64,000 nucleotides of DNA from Protoeuglena noctilucae (lineage: Eukaryota), in assembly GCA_958009085.1 (NCBI GenBank), contig OY253688.1:62001-126000 (forward strand). The letters run 5' to 3'. Numbering within the stretch: position 1 is the stretch's first letter; each line of letters opens with the position of its first letter. Below are positions 25,578-36,903 of this stretch, in pieces. Position numbers and translations under genes: made by a program. The notes under the pieces are model-generated. The model was not told the origin of the DNA and made no database searches. It was given only the letters and a program-made list of their open reading frames with translations.

Positions 25578-28350
25578 ACGTCGACCCCGGCGGACCCGGG
25601 CCAGGTCTCGAACCGCGACAACATTTAAATGAAAGGCCTCCCGAAGAAGTGGACCGCCGAGGATCTGGAGGTGTTCATGAGGCCGTTTGGCAGGGTGCTC
25701 TCGTGCCGGTGAGCTTTCTGCCCGATCGGGGCGCGCAAGGTCACTCATTGGTGGCGCCGGCGCGACGGCTGCCCTTGCCGCCCCGCAGGGTCATGATGGT
25801 GCCGGCCCACCGCCCGGGGGGCTGCAAAGTCGGCATGGTGCAGATGAGTTCGCCGGATGAGGCCAGCCTCGCCATCGCGGCGCTCAACGGGACGATCCCT
25901 CGAGGCGCCACCAAGCCCCTGCAAGGTGCGCATCGACCCTGGCCGCCCCAGGCACGCAGCGCCGCCGTCCCTGCGGCCGGCGCCACGGCCCCCTCATCGC
26001 CCCGCCGTCTCACCCGCGACCGCTCACGGCATCGCCCGCAGTGCGCCTGGCCCGCAACGCACCCCGGCAGGGAGGCGAGGCGCCCCCTTCCCAGCTGGCC
26101 TACCTCCCCCTCCCCGTCGGTTACTCGCTCAACCACCCCGTGGCCCCGTCGGCTTACTACATGCAGCAGGCAGCCAGCAACCAGGGCCCGCTGCTCGCCC
26201 AGCTGCGCACCATGGTGGGTGGCCGCCCACGCCAGCCGACCACGCCCCGCAGCCTGGGCGCTGACCCTGCCATCTCCCACCTCCGCGCCCCCAGCAGCAA
26301 CTGGCATCGCAGTGGCAACCGGGCATGGCAGGGACGATCCAGGTGCCTTATGGGGGCCTGGTGGACCCATTGACCGCCCAAGCGCAACACCTCGCCCAGC
26401 AGCAGCAGCAGCAACAGCAGCGATTCGCCATGGCGCGGGCGGCGCCCTCCGCCACGGTGTTTGGCGCCTCCGTCGTCGCGATGCCCTCCGGGGCGGCGGG
26501 CGCCCTCCATCCCACACAGGTGAGCAGAGACCAGAGGCGATCGCCAGCACCGACTATGGGACATGACGGCGCAGCCCGCCGTGGCGCGGCCGCTGGGCTG
26601 GAGCTGTTTTCATAGACCCTTTAGACACGCACCAGATGACAGACAGGTGGCTGCCACCCCAGCCTCGCTCGCCACCCCACGCGGGGTCCCGACCATTGCC
26701 GGCGTGTTGTTTGCTCGCAGCAACAGGTGCCATGGCACCCGCAGGCCCAGCCCTCGGGTGCAGCGGCCCAGGCGCAGCTCATTAACGTGCAGGCCGTGCC
26801 GAGCATGCAGCCATCCACCTGGTGAGGGCGCCTGGGCCGTGACACAGCCGTGCATGCCGGTGCCGATACTTGCTGTCGTGCAGCGTAGCATTATTGAATT
26901 AACGGCCCCAGGAGCTGCGGCTCCCGCTGTCCCGCATGTTACAGCTCTGATTACCGCCATCTGCAGCCCTTGTCGTGCCAATCGGCAACTCTGTGCCATT
27001 CCTGTGGTTGATGCTGCCCCTCGCCCTTCCCCCAGGCTGGCCGCCCTGCCAACCAGCCCGCACGTCGCGGACATGGACATGGCGACGCTGCAGCAGCTGA
27101 TGATCCTGCAGTCCCAGCGCCAGCTCTACGCGGCAGACGTCTCTGGCGTGGACAGCACGCTACCTGCGTCTACGTGGATGGCGGCGCAGGCCGTGCCGAC
27201 CGCGCAGGAGGCGACCGACCCATCGGACGCACGGAACGCGCAGGTGGGGAAGCGACGAATCGCACTCGCCATGCCACGACCGCCATTGCATATTAACGTA
27301 CCACTTTGCCCAGTCCAACTGCGCCCATGCGCACTCGCACTCCTGGCCATGTCATTGCCTGCCATGTCATCGCCACCCAGGCCGGGAGCGTCTCGCAAGC
27401 CCCCCTCCCATCGTCGCTGTGCCATTTGCTCACCTCTGTTGTCGCGGTGCGCCCCCCGCAGGTCGACCAGCAGCTGCTGATGGCGATGGCGGCGGTGAAC
27501 CTGGGAGCCACGGTGCCCTCGGGCTACGGGGGACTGCCCGAGACGGCATCGGTGCAGGGAGGGACCGCGGGCGGGGTCGGGGGGTGGGCGGAGGACGCCG
27601 GGGCGAGGGCGGGGGTGTCTGGGGTGTCTGGGGTGGCAGGGGTCGGGTCAGCGATGCGCCCAGGGCAAGACACGGGGGCCGGTGATGGTGAGCCCCTCGT
27701 CCTTGTCGCTGCTGCCGCGGGTGTGATGTCTGTTTATGGATGCTTTATTGTTATAAACCGGCCCTGTGCCTGTGCTGTCGCTGGGCAGGGAGGCGGGTGC
27801 AATGGCAGTGACACGGCGGCCCCAGTGACAGTGGGCACGGCACAGCGACGACCGCCACAAGGGATCCTCTTTTCCTCTCACCTCGCACCTCCACCTGTTG
27901 CCATTCTCGCACGGGGAGCAGCTTCGACCGCAACAGCTCTCTCCACCCTTCCCGCCCTCGCAGGCGCTTCCGGTTCCCACAACATGGGTCCGTCCCAAGC
28001 CTCGGCAGATCACAAGGTGGGGACGGATGCGGTGCTGGAGCTGTCGTGAGGCTGGCACAGTCGCACTGACGGGGGCTGTGCTGACTGTCAGGTACATCAC
28101 TTACGCATGCTCGCTGCTGCCCCGGCATCGCCCACCGCCGCCTCTCGCAACCCCCGCTGCCACCACACTCCCTCCGCTCCATTCGCTCCATTCATGCGAT
28201 CTCTGCTGCTGATGGCTGACAGGTGTGCTGCCGTGTGCCTGTCAGGCATCATCATCCTGCACCCCACCTCGCTTCTGCCCCCAGGGCCCTCCCCAGTGAC
28301 TACCAACGGCGGCCAGATAACACGTGACGCCGCCACAGCCGTAGCCCAGG
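25578..28350 (+). CDS. RRM RNA-binding protein (ELAV/CELF-like RRM) with a Q/A/P-rich tail; in-frame TAA within RNP2
   Basis: SNRDNI*MKGLPKKWTAEDLEVFMRPFGRVLSCR|VMM...KVGMVQMSSPDEASLAIAALNGTIPRGATKPLQ|VRLARN, followed by polyQ-containing exons. The 5' end (possible first exon 24388-24688) and 3' end (TGA at 28049, or further exons from 28285) are uncertain. Confidence 0.75.
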
Positions 28351-30563
28351 TCAGATCGCCCCCTCTCCCGCCTCTCACGGGCTCAGGGACGGCAGTGCGC
28401 CCTGAGCACCGCCCCACCGACATCCGGCGCGCCCAGCCGCGCGCCCCCTTCCCGCCGAGCAACGAAGGGTTGACTCCTGCCACCCTCCACCCTCCATCCT
28501 CCACTCCCCATCTCCCATTCGTGGCCTCTCAGGGGTCGTGCCAAGTACGGCCCCCGCCCACGGACCCTGCCGTTCACCGCACCGCCGGCCAGGCCCCACG
28601 CTACCCCATCCAGGGACCGATTCCGAGGCGCCCCGCTTTTTTATCCACCGCGGGCGGCACCCGGGGCGTCGCGCGACGGGCAGCCCGCCCTCTCCGCGTG
28701 CACCCCCGTGTGCGGCCACCATCCCATCACTGGGCTGCCGAGGGCTGTGCTGCACAGGCGGGGCGAGCGGCCCGCGTCTCCCGTGGCTGCCAGAAACACT
28801 GGCATCGCTCAGTGGAGATGCGGCGCTCTCTGCCCCGCGCCCGGCCTGGCCCTCGGCCCCGGCCGACCGCCCCTTCCTCCCCCGCCATACCAGCACCCCT
28901 TTGGGAAGCCGCAGCTCAGCCGGCTGCTACCACCGGCTGCCGCTGACCGGCCTTTCTGATCGAGCTTCGTTCAGGTGCCAACGGTTCAGGGACCAACACC
29001 CACCCACCCTTTCACGCACGCCACGTTCAGCAGCAGCGGGCGTGGCGGTGGGGGGTCGCGACGCAAGGCACCGCGCCTCGGTGCGGCCGCACCGCCGCTG
29101 CCCCGCCCGCCGCCGTCACATCGGGCTGCCAACAACAATACGGCCCCTCACATCCGGACTTGGCCCCTCACATCCGCCACAGTCCCATCCGTCCCGTGCC
29201 TCGCGCTCCCTCGCCCCTTCGCCGTCGCTTCCCCGTCGCACCCGCCGATTGCCCCAACCCTTCCCTGTTGCTAACCCTCGGTTGCCACCCCACGGCGCCT
29301 CAGACCGAGCGACGCCGGGCCCGCTAGCTCGAGCTCCCTTTCTCCGTTGGCCCACCCCATTGGCCACACGTGTGCGCTGGCCTCTCGCGCCCCGGGACCC
29401 TCCCCTGCGTGGCGCCCTGCGCTGCCACCCACGCCCGTCGTCTTCTGGTGCAGGCGGCTGGCGGCCCGGCGCGCGCCTGGCCCAGCGTGCCGCCCGCCCT
29501 GCCGCCCGGCGATCGCGCGAGGTTCCTCGTTTTACTCTCGCCAGGTGTCCTGCCGTTGTGCCGTTGCGCGCCCCGTTTCCTACGCGTTTCCTACGTACCC
29601 GTGAGGACGCAGTTGCTCGGCCCGCGCCCCGTGCCCGTTGTCAGGCCCGCCCGCTCACCGCCGCGCGCCGATGCCACCCCATCGGCGCCGCGCGTGCGCT
29701 CTCAGACTTAGGTGCCCCCACGCACACGCACGACCGACTCGAATTGCACCCTCGCGCACGGGCGGGCGCCACCGGAAAGCGCTGCGCACGTCCCCACGTC
29801 TTGCCGCCTGCCTTGTTGCTTGCCACGCATGCCGCCGGCCCGGCGTTTTCCTCTGACCCCGGCCCGCTCTCACGGGCCGCGGGGACTGTACCTCTACTGG
29901 GCTTGCCCTGGCTCCCAACCGCATCGGTGTTTGGGGCTCGTGCAAGCTGTAACCTGCACCTGCGCTGCCCGAGCTTGCTGACCAGGCCCCTCCCTGCCGA
30001 GGGGCCAGCTGTAGGATCTGTCGCGTGTTATGCATCCCTGCAATGACTGTTGAAGAGATCCCGGGGTGCCAACCAGACTCATCGAAGCATGAAGCACGAA
30101 TGATGCCTGTGCCTGTGGCCAGTGCTTGACTCGAGAATTTCGCACCCCTCATTCCCACACGTCTTGCTCTCTCGCACCTCTCACTCTCTCACACTCTCAG
30201 TCTCACGCATTCCGCGACCGCACAGTCATCGCTGGCGGCGGCACCAGTTACCACATAACGCCTCTGGGTGGGTGCGTGCTAACCCTGAGCACATTGGCAC
30301 GTGGACGGCGCCATCGTTACGCTGAATCGACATAAGCATGCCCGTGGCAGGCACTGTAGTCTTCAATGCACGGTCTTCATGACTGGGTGCATGCGCTTGG
30401 CACCCGCTGACCCATACACGTGTGCACCCAGCTCTGCAGAGGAGCACTGCGCTTCCCGCCCTCTCGGCACGCTCTCCGCACCCGCCTGCGATGCGCCATG
30501 CGCACCTCCCATCCACCTCCCTCCCATCGCATGAGAGTGCTTGCATGGCACGGTGAGGGACAG

Positions 30564-32114
30564 CTAGGCCGGGCTGGGGGGTCGCCGGAACAGCCGCCGC
30601 CGCACGTCCCGCAGTGGCCGGCCCACGGCTCTGTATCCCCTTGTCCACGGCTCCACCACCGCGTCCTTTGCCCTCGTGGCGTCGCCCGGCCTCATCGCCA
30701 GCCACCCCGCCAAGGCCAGGGGTGCGTGGAGGACGGTGGCCGTGACCCATACCCAGAACGCCCATCCCACGAAGGCGTAGTATGAGTTGGTGCCATTGGT
30801 ACTCAAGTCCTGAAAGCAGCAAGAGTCGGTGACATTAGAGCGAGTCGGTGCCATTGGTACTCAAGTCCTGGAAGTGATGGGGTAGACAGGGACACCCTGG
30901 TCACAACAATGGGCGTCTGTGGCGTAAGACAGATAGCTGGTGGCCAGTCTTTTTCAGCTATCGTCACGTCACCACCACCATTACGTGCTGCAGAGCGAAG
31001 AGTCCCAATAGTGATGAGAAAGCACCATCACCTGCACGAGTGGGTCCCCCGCGGAGTTGTTGTAGAAGTAGCCCCAAATGGCGCAGACGGTGATGGCGGC
31101 GAGCGTGGATAGCCCTGCCATGGTCATCAGAGCCGCCAAGAGCCCCAATCGCCAGCGGTTATCCATCCCAGCGATGCCCTGGAAGGCCAGGGGTCCCTCG
31201 ATCATCAGCTGCAGGAACACCAGCCCCGCCACAGCAATCGCCAGGCCTGCAGACACAGACAAGGGGCGCCGTAAGAGCTGGGCCAACCGGGGCGGTGTCA
31301 CTGACACAGTTACTCCCCAGACGGGGTCGAGTCACCAATCCACACCGCACCGCGAATGCTCTAGATGGGCCAGCTTGTGCTGCAGCGACACACGGCGCAA
31401 CCCTCGACATTCACAGTGACGTGCGCCCGCAGCAGCAAAGCTCAGGGCCACTCGCCATACGCGGCGCCCACGGCATGGTGGTAGTCGTTGCTCCCGAAGT
31501 GCTGCCAGTGGTCCTCGACTGTCAGTCGGTCGTCTAAGCATCCGTAGTCTGCAGGCGGGAGGAATGGTGATCGATGTCGAACATGCGCTCCCTGAATGCG
31601 CGTATGCCTGCCTTCGGAACGCAATTGTGTAGCTTCTCGCCTGTCCCGGATCCGAGGATGCTGCCGAAGCGAGCCTGGGCGCCTTTGCTCGCATTGAGAC
31701 CCCCGCCCACGAAGCTCGCTGCCCGAGACGCCCCCGGGAGCGCCGTAGCGCGGACGCACACCTCCCTGCTTGGAAGACGCGGGTAATGGAGAATAGAAAG
31801 TGCGTTATGCGCGCCCACAACGGCGCGGGGAGCGCGCCTCACCACAGACCAGCGCTGCTGGCCACGGCGTAGCGCCGGCTGTGCGGAAGGGGCGTGATGG
31901 GGACTAGGACGCCGTTCTGGACGTGCAACCAGTCGGGGGAGAGGATGGGGATGAGGACGAAAGCGAACGTGACGAGCCCTGCGAGGGAAATGAGCGCCGT
32001 CGCTCTCGGCCCTGAACTCGCCGCTCCAGCGGCGCTCGAGGACCGGCCCCGGCCCCGGTACCGCTACAATATCTGACCTGTAGTTATCACGAAGCTGAAC
32101 AGCGCCGCTCCCAT
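30564..32114 (-). CDS. Claudin/PMP22/EMP/MP20-like four-transmembrane protein
   Basis: Five exons: MGAALFSFVITT|GLVTFAFVLIPILSPDW...SSAGLW|EVCV...GSGT|DYGCL...GAAY|GLAIAVAGLVFLQLMI...LGLLAALMTMAGLSTLAAITVCAIWGYF...LVQ|DLSTNGTNSYYAFVGWAFWVWVTATVLHAPLALAGWL...*. Shows the W...GLWxxC...C loop signature and GWxF before TM4. Confidence 0.75.
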
Positions 32115-32290
32115 CGCCGTCCCGCGACCTGCCCACCGGGACGCGGGCCTCGCGAGCGAAGCTCCTTGTTTGGCCAGTTAACACGCTTATTTGCTGCTGA
32201 TTTCGCGTTTAATCGACATGCGGCGCCCGAGCGCGCAAGACCGCGACGAAAGCGCGAGCTCCAGCACCAGATGTGTCGAGCCCCTACGCC

Positions 32291-35200
32291 TCAAGCGCCC
32301 CAAGCCGCGGCCATCTTCGCCTCCATCGAGCTCACGATCCCTACGAACATCTCCTTCGGGCTCCACTCGATCGCGAACCTCGCGCAGACTGCGGCCGGGC
32401 AGCATGCGCATGTCTCGGCCCGCTGCGAGGCGCCCCGCGCGGCTCGCCCGGCGCGACGCGTACTCACTCGAATTGCTGGGCGGGACGAGGTATAGCACGC
32501 GCGGCCCGCCGTGCCCGCCGGCCGGGGGCAGCCGAGCCACTCCTGCACGCCCCTTCTGCGCCATGTCGTTCAGAAGGTCCACCAGGTTGCGGCGGTCGTT
32601 CTTGAGAATGCTCGTGGTGAGCGAGATGACGTGCATGCCGCGCTGCTCGAGCCGCGGGACCTCCCTGCGATGATCACAGGCCGGGGACGGTCGACGAAGC
32701 AAGGGCAACAATGACCCGGCCACAAGGCGCTCCCGTCCGCCACCCGCGCGCTCACCGTTCCAGGAAATGCCCCAGCTGCACCCACATCCGGATGTCCACC
32801 TTCCCTGGCCACGAGGTCGGTTCGGCCCCTGATCGCGACCGGGTGCGGCAGAAGAGCTGGCAAAGCGGCGCGCCCGTGCGTAACAGCTGCCCCTCCCACT
32901 CCACGCCGACCGCGCGGGCCTCGGGATCCGGGCCTGCGGGCGAGTGACGCGGCACATCGTGGCAGCAACCTTCCAGGTGCTTGCAGCGGATGTGCGGTAC
33001 CCGCATCTCCACACGATACACAGCGCACTGCTGGTGCGACTACCAGTGCTTTCATCGACACATATTAGCACCATTCGCATTCATCACCGGTACTCACCCG
33101 CTTGGCTCGCGTCCCGCGCACTCTCCGCCCCCGCCACCCCCTGCGACATCGCCACCTCCGCCCCCGCCCCCTTCTCCCCACCCTGCCCCTGCGCCGCCGC
33201 CCCCTGCGCTTGCGTCCCAGGCTCCGGGGCGTCCTCCCACACCTCCACCTTCAGCAGCCCGCCCCCCAGCCCCCGCATGTTGAGCGTGGCCACAGCCATG
33301 GCCGCCCCCAGGGGCGTGGTGAACTCGAGGATCGCGAAAGGGCACAGCCGCTGCATGCGCTTCAAGCGCAGACCGAGGTCCTTGAACAGCGCCGCCACAT
33401 CGTCGCGATTGGTGGCTGGGCGGAGGCCAGAGACTTTGACTTTGGAAGGCGGGTGCTGCTGAGGGCTGCGGGTGGGGTGGGGAGAGGTGGTGTGTGGTGG
33501 GTGGATGTTAAGAGCTGTGAGTAAGGGTTGCGGCTGGGGATGGGCGGGATGATGGTTGTTACTGGGTGCGGCAAGGGTACTGGAGGGCGGGTGTGTGGTT
33601 GTGTGGGTGTGTGGCAAGTCGCTCCTTGCATCGAGTATAGGGCTAACCCTGTCATCTGTCGTCTCCCTGCTGTAACCCGGCACCCCTCTCCCTCACCGCA
33701 GCACGCGCAGGGTGCTGGTGACAAGCGACTGTGCCGCTCTCTCCGCCTCGTCCCGCCCCTTCATCCGGAGCAGCACGCTGGGGCGGGGCATACCCACCCG
33801 GGTCACTTCAAAGGAACCCTCAGGGAACCCCGCCTCCTCCAACTGCCGAAGAACGCCTGACAGAGCCTTGGAGGACGTCACCTGAGGGCAGGGGCGACGG
33901 GACTTACTTGCTCCCTCACTCTCCCTCACTTGCCCCACCCGCAGGAAGTGCATTGCCTGTCACCCTCCCTCACTCCCTCACCTGCCCCACCCACAGGAAG
34001 TGCCCCGCGGGGTCCTCCGGCTGCCGGGCCGCGTCGGCGGGGTCGTGGGCGACGAAATCCACACGGAATCCGGGACCCTTGCGGCCGATGCGCTCAAAGA
34101 CACTCAGAGCAGCGTCGATGGTGCTGCAGGTGGGAGTGGAGTGGAGCGGAGTTGAGGTGACAGGAGGTGAGAGGGGAGTGGAGTTGAAATGACAGAAGGT
34201 GAGAGTGGAGTGGATTAGAGTGACAGCAGTGGAAGTGATCACGTGAGGGTCACGGTGGTTGTCTACGCATCATCACTCACGTGAGGGTCACGGTGGCCTC
34301 GTGGTGAGGCCCCGGCAGCGGCTGGATGTGCAGCACGGCGCCACGATCCTCCGCGATCGCATTGCACGTCTCCCAGACACTCTCCCAGGGCAGCTCAGAG
34401 GGGGCGCTGACCAGCAGCGTGCACGATGCCACGCGGATGTCCAGGGGCGGGGCGCGGGGGGCGTCGGGAGTGGCGCGCAGACGCTCAATGAGGGCCTCGG
34501 CCCAAGGGTGGCGACTGCGGGGATCAAGTGAACAGGCGAGTGGTATGCAATTCAAATGCTCAATGAGGGCCTCGGCCCACGGGTGGCGACTGCGGGGGTC
34601 GGTGAACGGGCGAGTTGTAATCAGTGCACAGTCGAACCGTGGTGGGGGGGGCAGGCGGGGTGGCGGTGACCCAGTGAGGCTTAGAAAGGCGCTGCGACGT
34701 GCAAAGTTAGTTTCGATAACCACTTCGCAACGCACGGCATCTCCATTCGCATCGCATCCATCGACATGGTCTGCACCCCGTCTGCACCCCCCAGACGACC
34801 TCCCCAGGATTCAGACCCTTTCCCCAGGACCAGCTCACAGCTCACCTGGGCTTCTTGAGCCCGGCGTACCAGAGCTCCAGAGTGGCGCGAATCCACTTGA
34901 CGGTTTCCGGCCTCTGCTTGCCAGCCATCGCCACCAGATCCCAGTCGGGTCGTTTGGAAGCAGTCGCCTCCTCACCGCCACCCGCACACTCGCTAAAGAG
35001 CTGCACCACCGCCTCTGCGGTAGGGAAGGCCATGAAAAGGAGTGGCTCAGCAAGAGGGGCTCAGTGGCAGCAACAGCAGAGCATGATGGTGAAGAGAGTG
35101 GCTCAGTAGCAGCAGAGCATGACCACGGCAAGGGCAATGACGACCATTGAGTGAGGCAATAGCTTGCTTGTTGAAAAGCATCACCACCGCCTGTGCAGTG

Positions 35201-36582
35201 ACGCTGCCCCCCACTCGCTCACCTGCCCTGCACAGCCCACCACTACCCCTCCCGCCCCTCTCGCTCACCTGCCCTGCACAGCCCACCACCACCACCGCCG
35301 CCCCTGTCGCTCACCTGCCCTCGACTGCCCCTCCCGCTCGCCCCGCTCCACCGCCCGCAGCATCGCCGGCAGCACCGCCTGAGGGCACATGGCCAACGCC
35401 CGCACCACCGCGCCCCTCGCGAGCGCCCATCCGCCCTCAGGGTCACTCGGATCGAAACACGACCCGTCCGCCGGACCCGTCTCCACCTCTCCCTCCACCA
35501 ACTTCAAAGCCTGCTCTAGGCGCCTGGGGGTGATCAAGGCGTGGTATGGTGAAAGTGAGGGGGAGCGAGATGGGAAAGGGTCCCAAGTGCAGTTGAGGTG
35601 CTATCTTGCTATCTGATCACAGCACACATCGTCGTCCAAGCAGCAGGCGACTGCGACCCACACCGCGCCCCGCCTTGCCTCAGCAGGACGTCGCATGCCT
35701 TGGACACGATGGCCGATGTGTCGACGACGCCCATGGCATTCCGAGGGTCCATGGCTACTTGGCACAGCTGGCTTAGGCCTTTCAGCGCCTCCTGAGCCGT
35801 GGCGCGCCCGAAGCACTGCGGCGGCGACGGGACGGGCGAGCTGCTGCAGAATGCACGAACGCTTGTTGCTGCTGCGAAAACAGAGCCAGCGCTGCGGCAA
35901 TTTCGCGCAGCACACTCGCAACACGGTGCGCGACAATTGCACGACAATTGCGCGCAAGGAAGGGGGCTCCAGTACTTTTGGCTCACTCGGTACTCGTGTT
36001 CATCTTTTGAATGTTCTGCTTCCGACGCCAGCGCCACCAAAGCGTCCGCAGAACGCGAGAGCAGGCCCGGGAAGCGCCCGCAGTGCCGGGGGATCAGGTG
36101 CGAAGCCAGATGGCGCGTCCCGCAGCTGCGTGGCGTGGAAACGGATGGCTTTAACTACTCGCCAGGCGCGGCAGCATGGCATCGCGACATCGCGCAGCTG
36201 TGGCACACCGAAAGGGGGTGCACCAGCCCGCGTGCGATGCCGCGCAGCCCCGAGACCGACCTGAGACCGGAGAGCGCCACGGAGAGGATGTATAAGTAGC
36301 TATCTTGCGCGGTGGCCGAAGTGGAGGGTACCTCGGCCTCGAGCGCCTTCGATGCGTCGTATATCGCCCGCACGTCGGAGCGGTACCGCTCCGCAGCCTT
36401 GGCTGCCGCGCGCTTGGCGCCTCCGCGCACATCGCCGCCATCACGATCACGCTGGAGAGCAGGCAGAGAGAGGGGGATGATTGGTTGCGCGCATTCGCTT
36501 GCTTAACGGGCACGCGGCGCTCCCTGGGCTCCCAGCTGCGACCTATGCTCGCATCAAAAGCTAACCTCACCTTCCCGAGCAT
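32291..36582 (-). CDS. RRM- and SPOC-domain protein (Spen/FPA-related architecture)
   Basis: Start MLGK|RDRDGG. RRM-like exons include SKVKVSGLRPATNRDDVAALFKDLG...FAILEFTTPLGAAMAVATLNMRGLGGGLLKVEV. SPOC segments EWEGQLLRTGAPLCQLFC...WPGKVDIRMWV and LVDLLNDMAQKGRAGVARLP...RVLYLVPPS; TGA at 32291. Confidence 0.8.
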
Positions 36583-36903
36583 GACCGTCTCAGGGCAGTG
36601 CACGAAGGCGGCCCCAGCGCCTTAGATGTCGGCCACTTTGTCCCCCTCGCTGGCCAGGTCAAGAACACGACCGAAAGCGCGAGCTTTGGGCCGATGAACA
36701 GTTGCGCAGTCAAGAACTTGACCGGATGCACATGTTGGCAGAGCAGCGGCCACTTGAATTGGGTCGAATTTGAGCGCCAGAGCACCGGGGCTTCCCCTCA
36801 GTGCCTGAATCGCTGACGGAATTGCTTAAGAACCAAGGCTGTCATAGCATTCTCTACTCAGCTGCCAAAGGAAGCGGCTGAGGGGGCTGCGACGGTCGTG
36901 GGG

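Noticed and set aside
25626..25628. Genome-wide TAA/TAG reassignment, as in some ulvophytes
   Set aside because: I found no other in-frame TAA or TAG in conserved exons. PP7 appears to end in TAA and two genes in TAG. The expected residue here is Tyr, not Gln.
28538..30046. 502-aa ORF on the + strand
   Set aside because: R/P/A-rich composition with a non-ATG start and no motif. Long open frames arise by chance in such GC-rich DNA.
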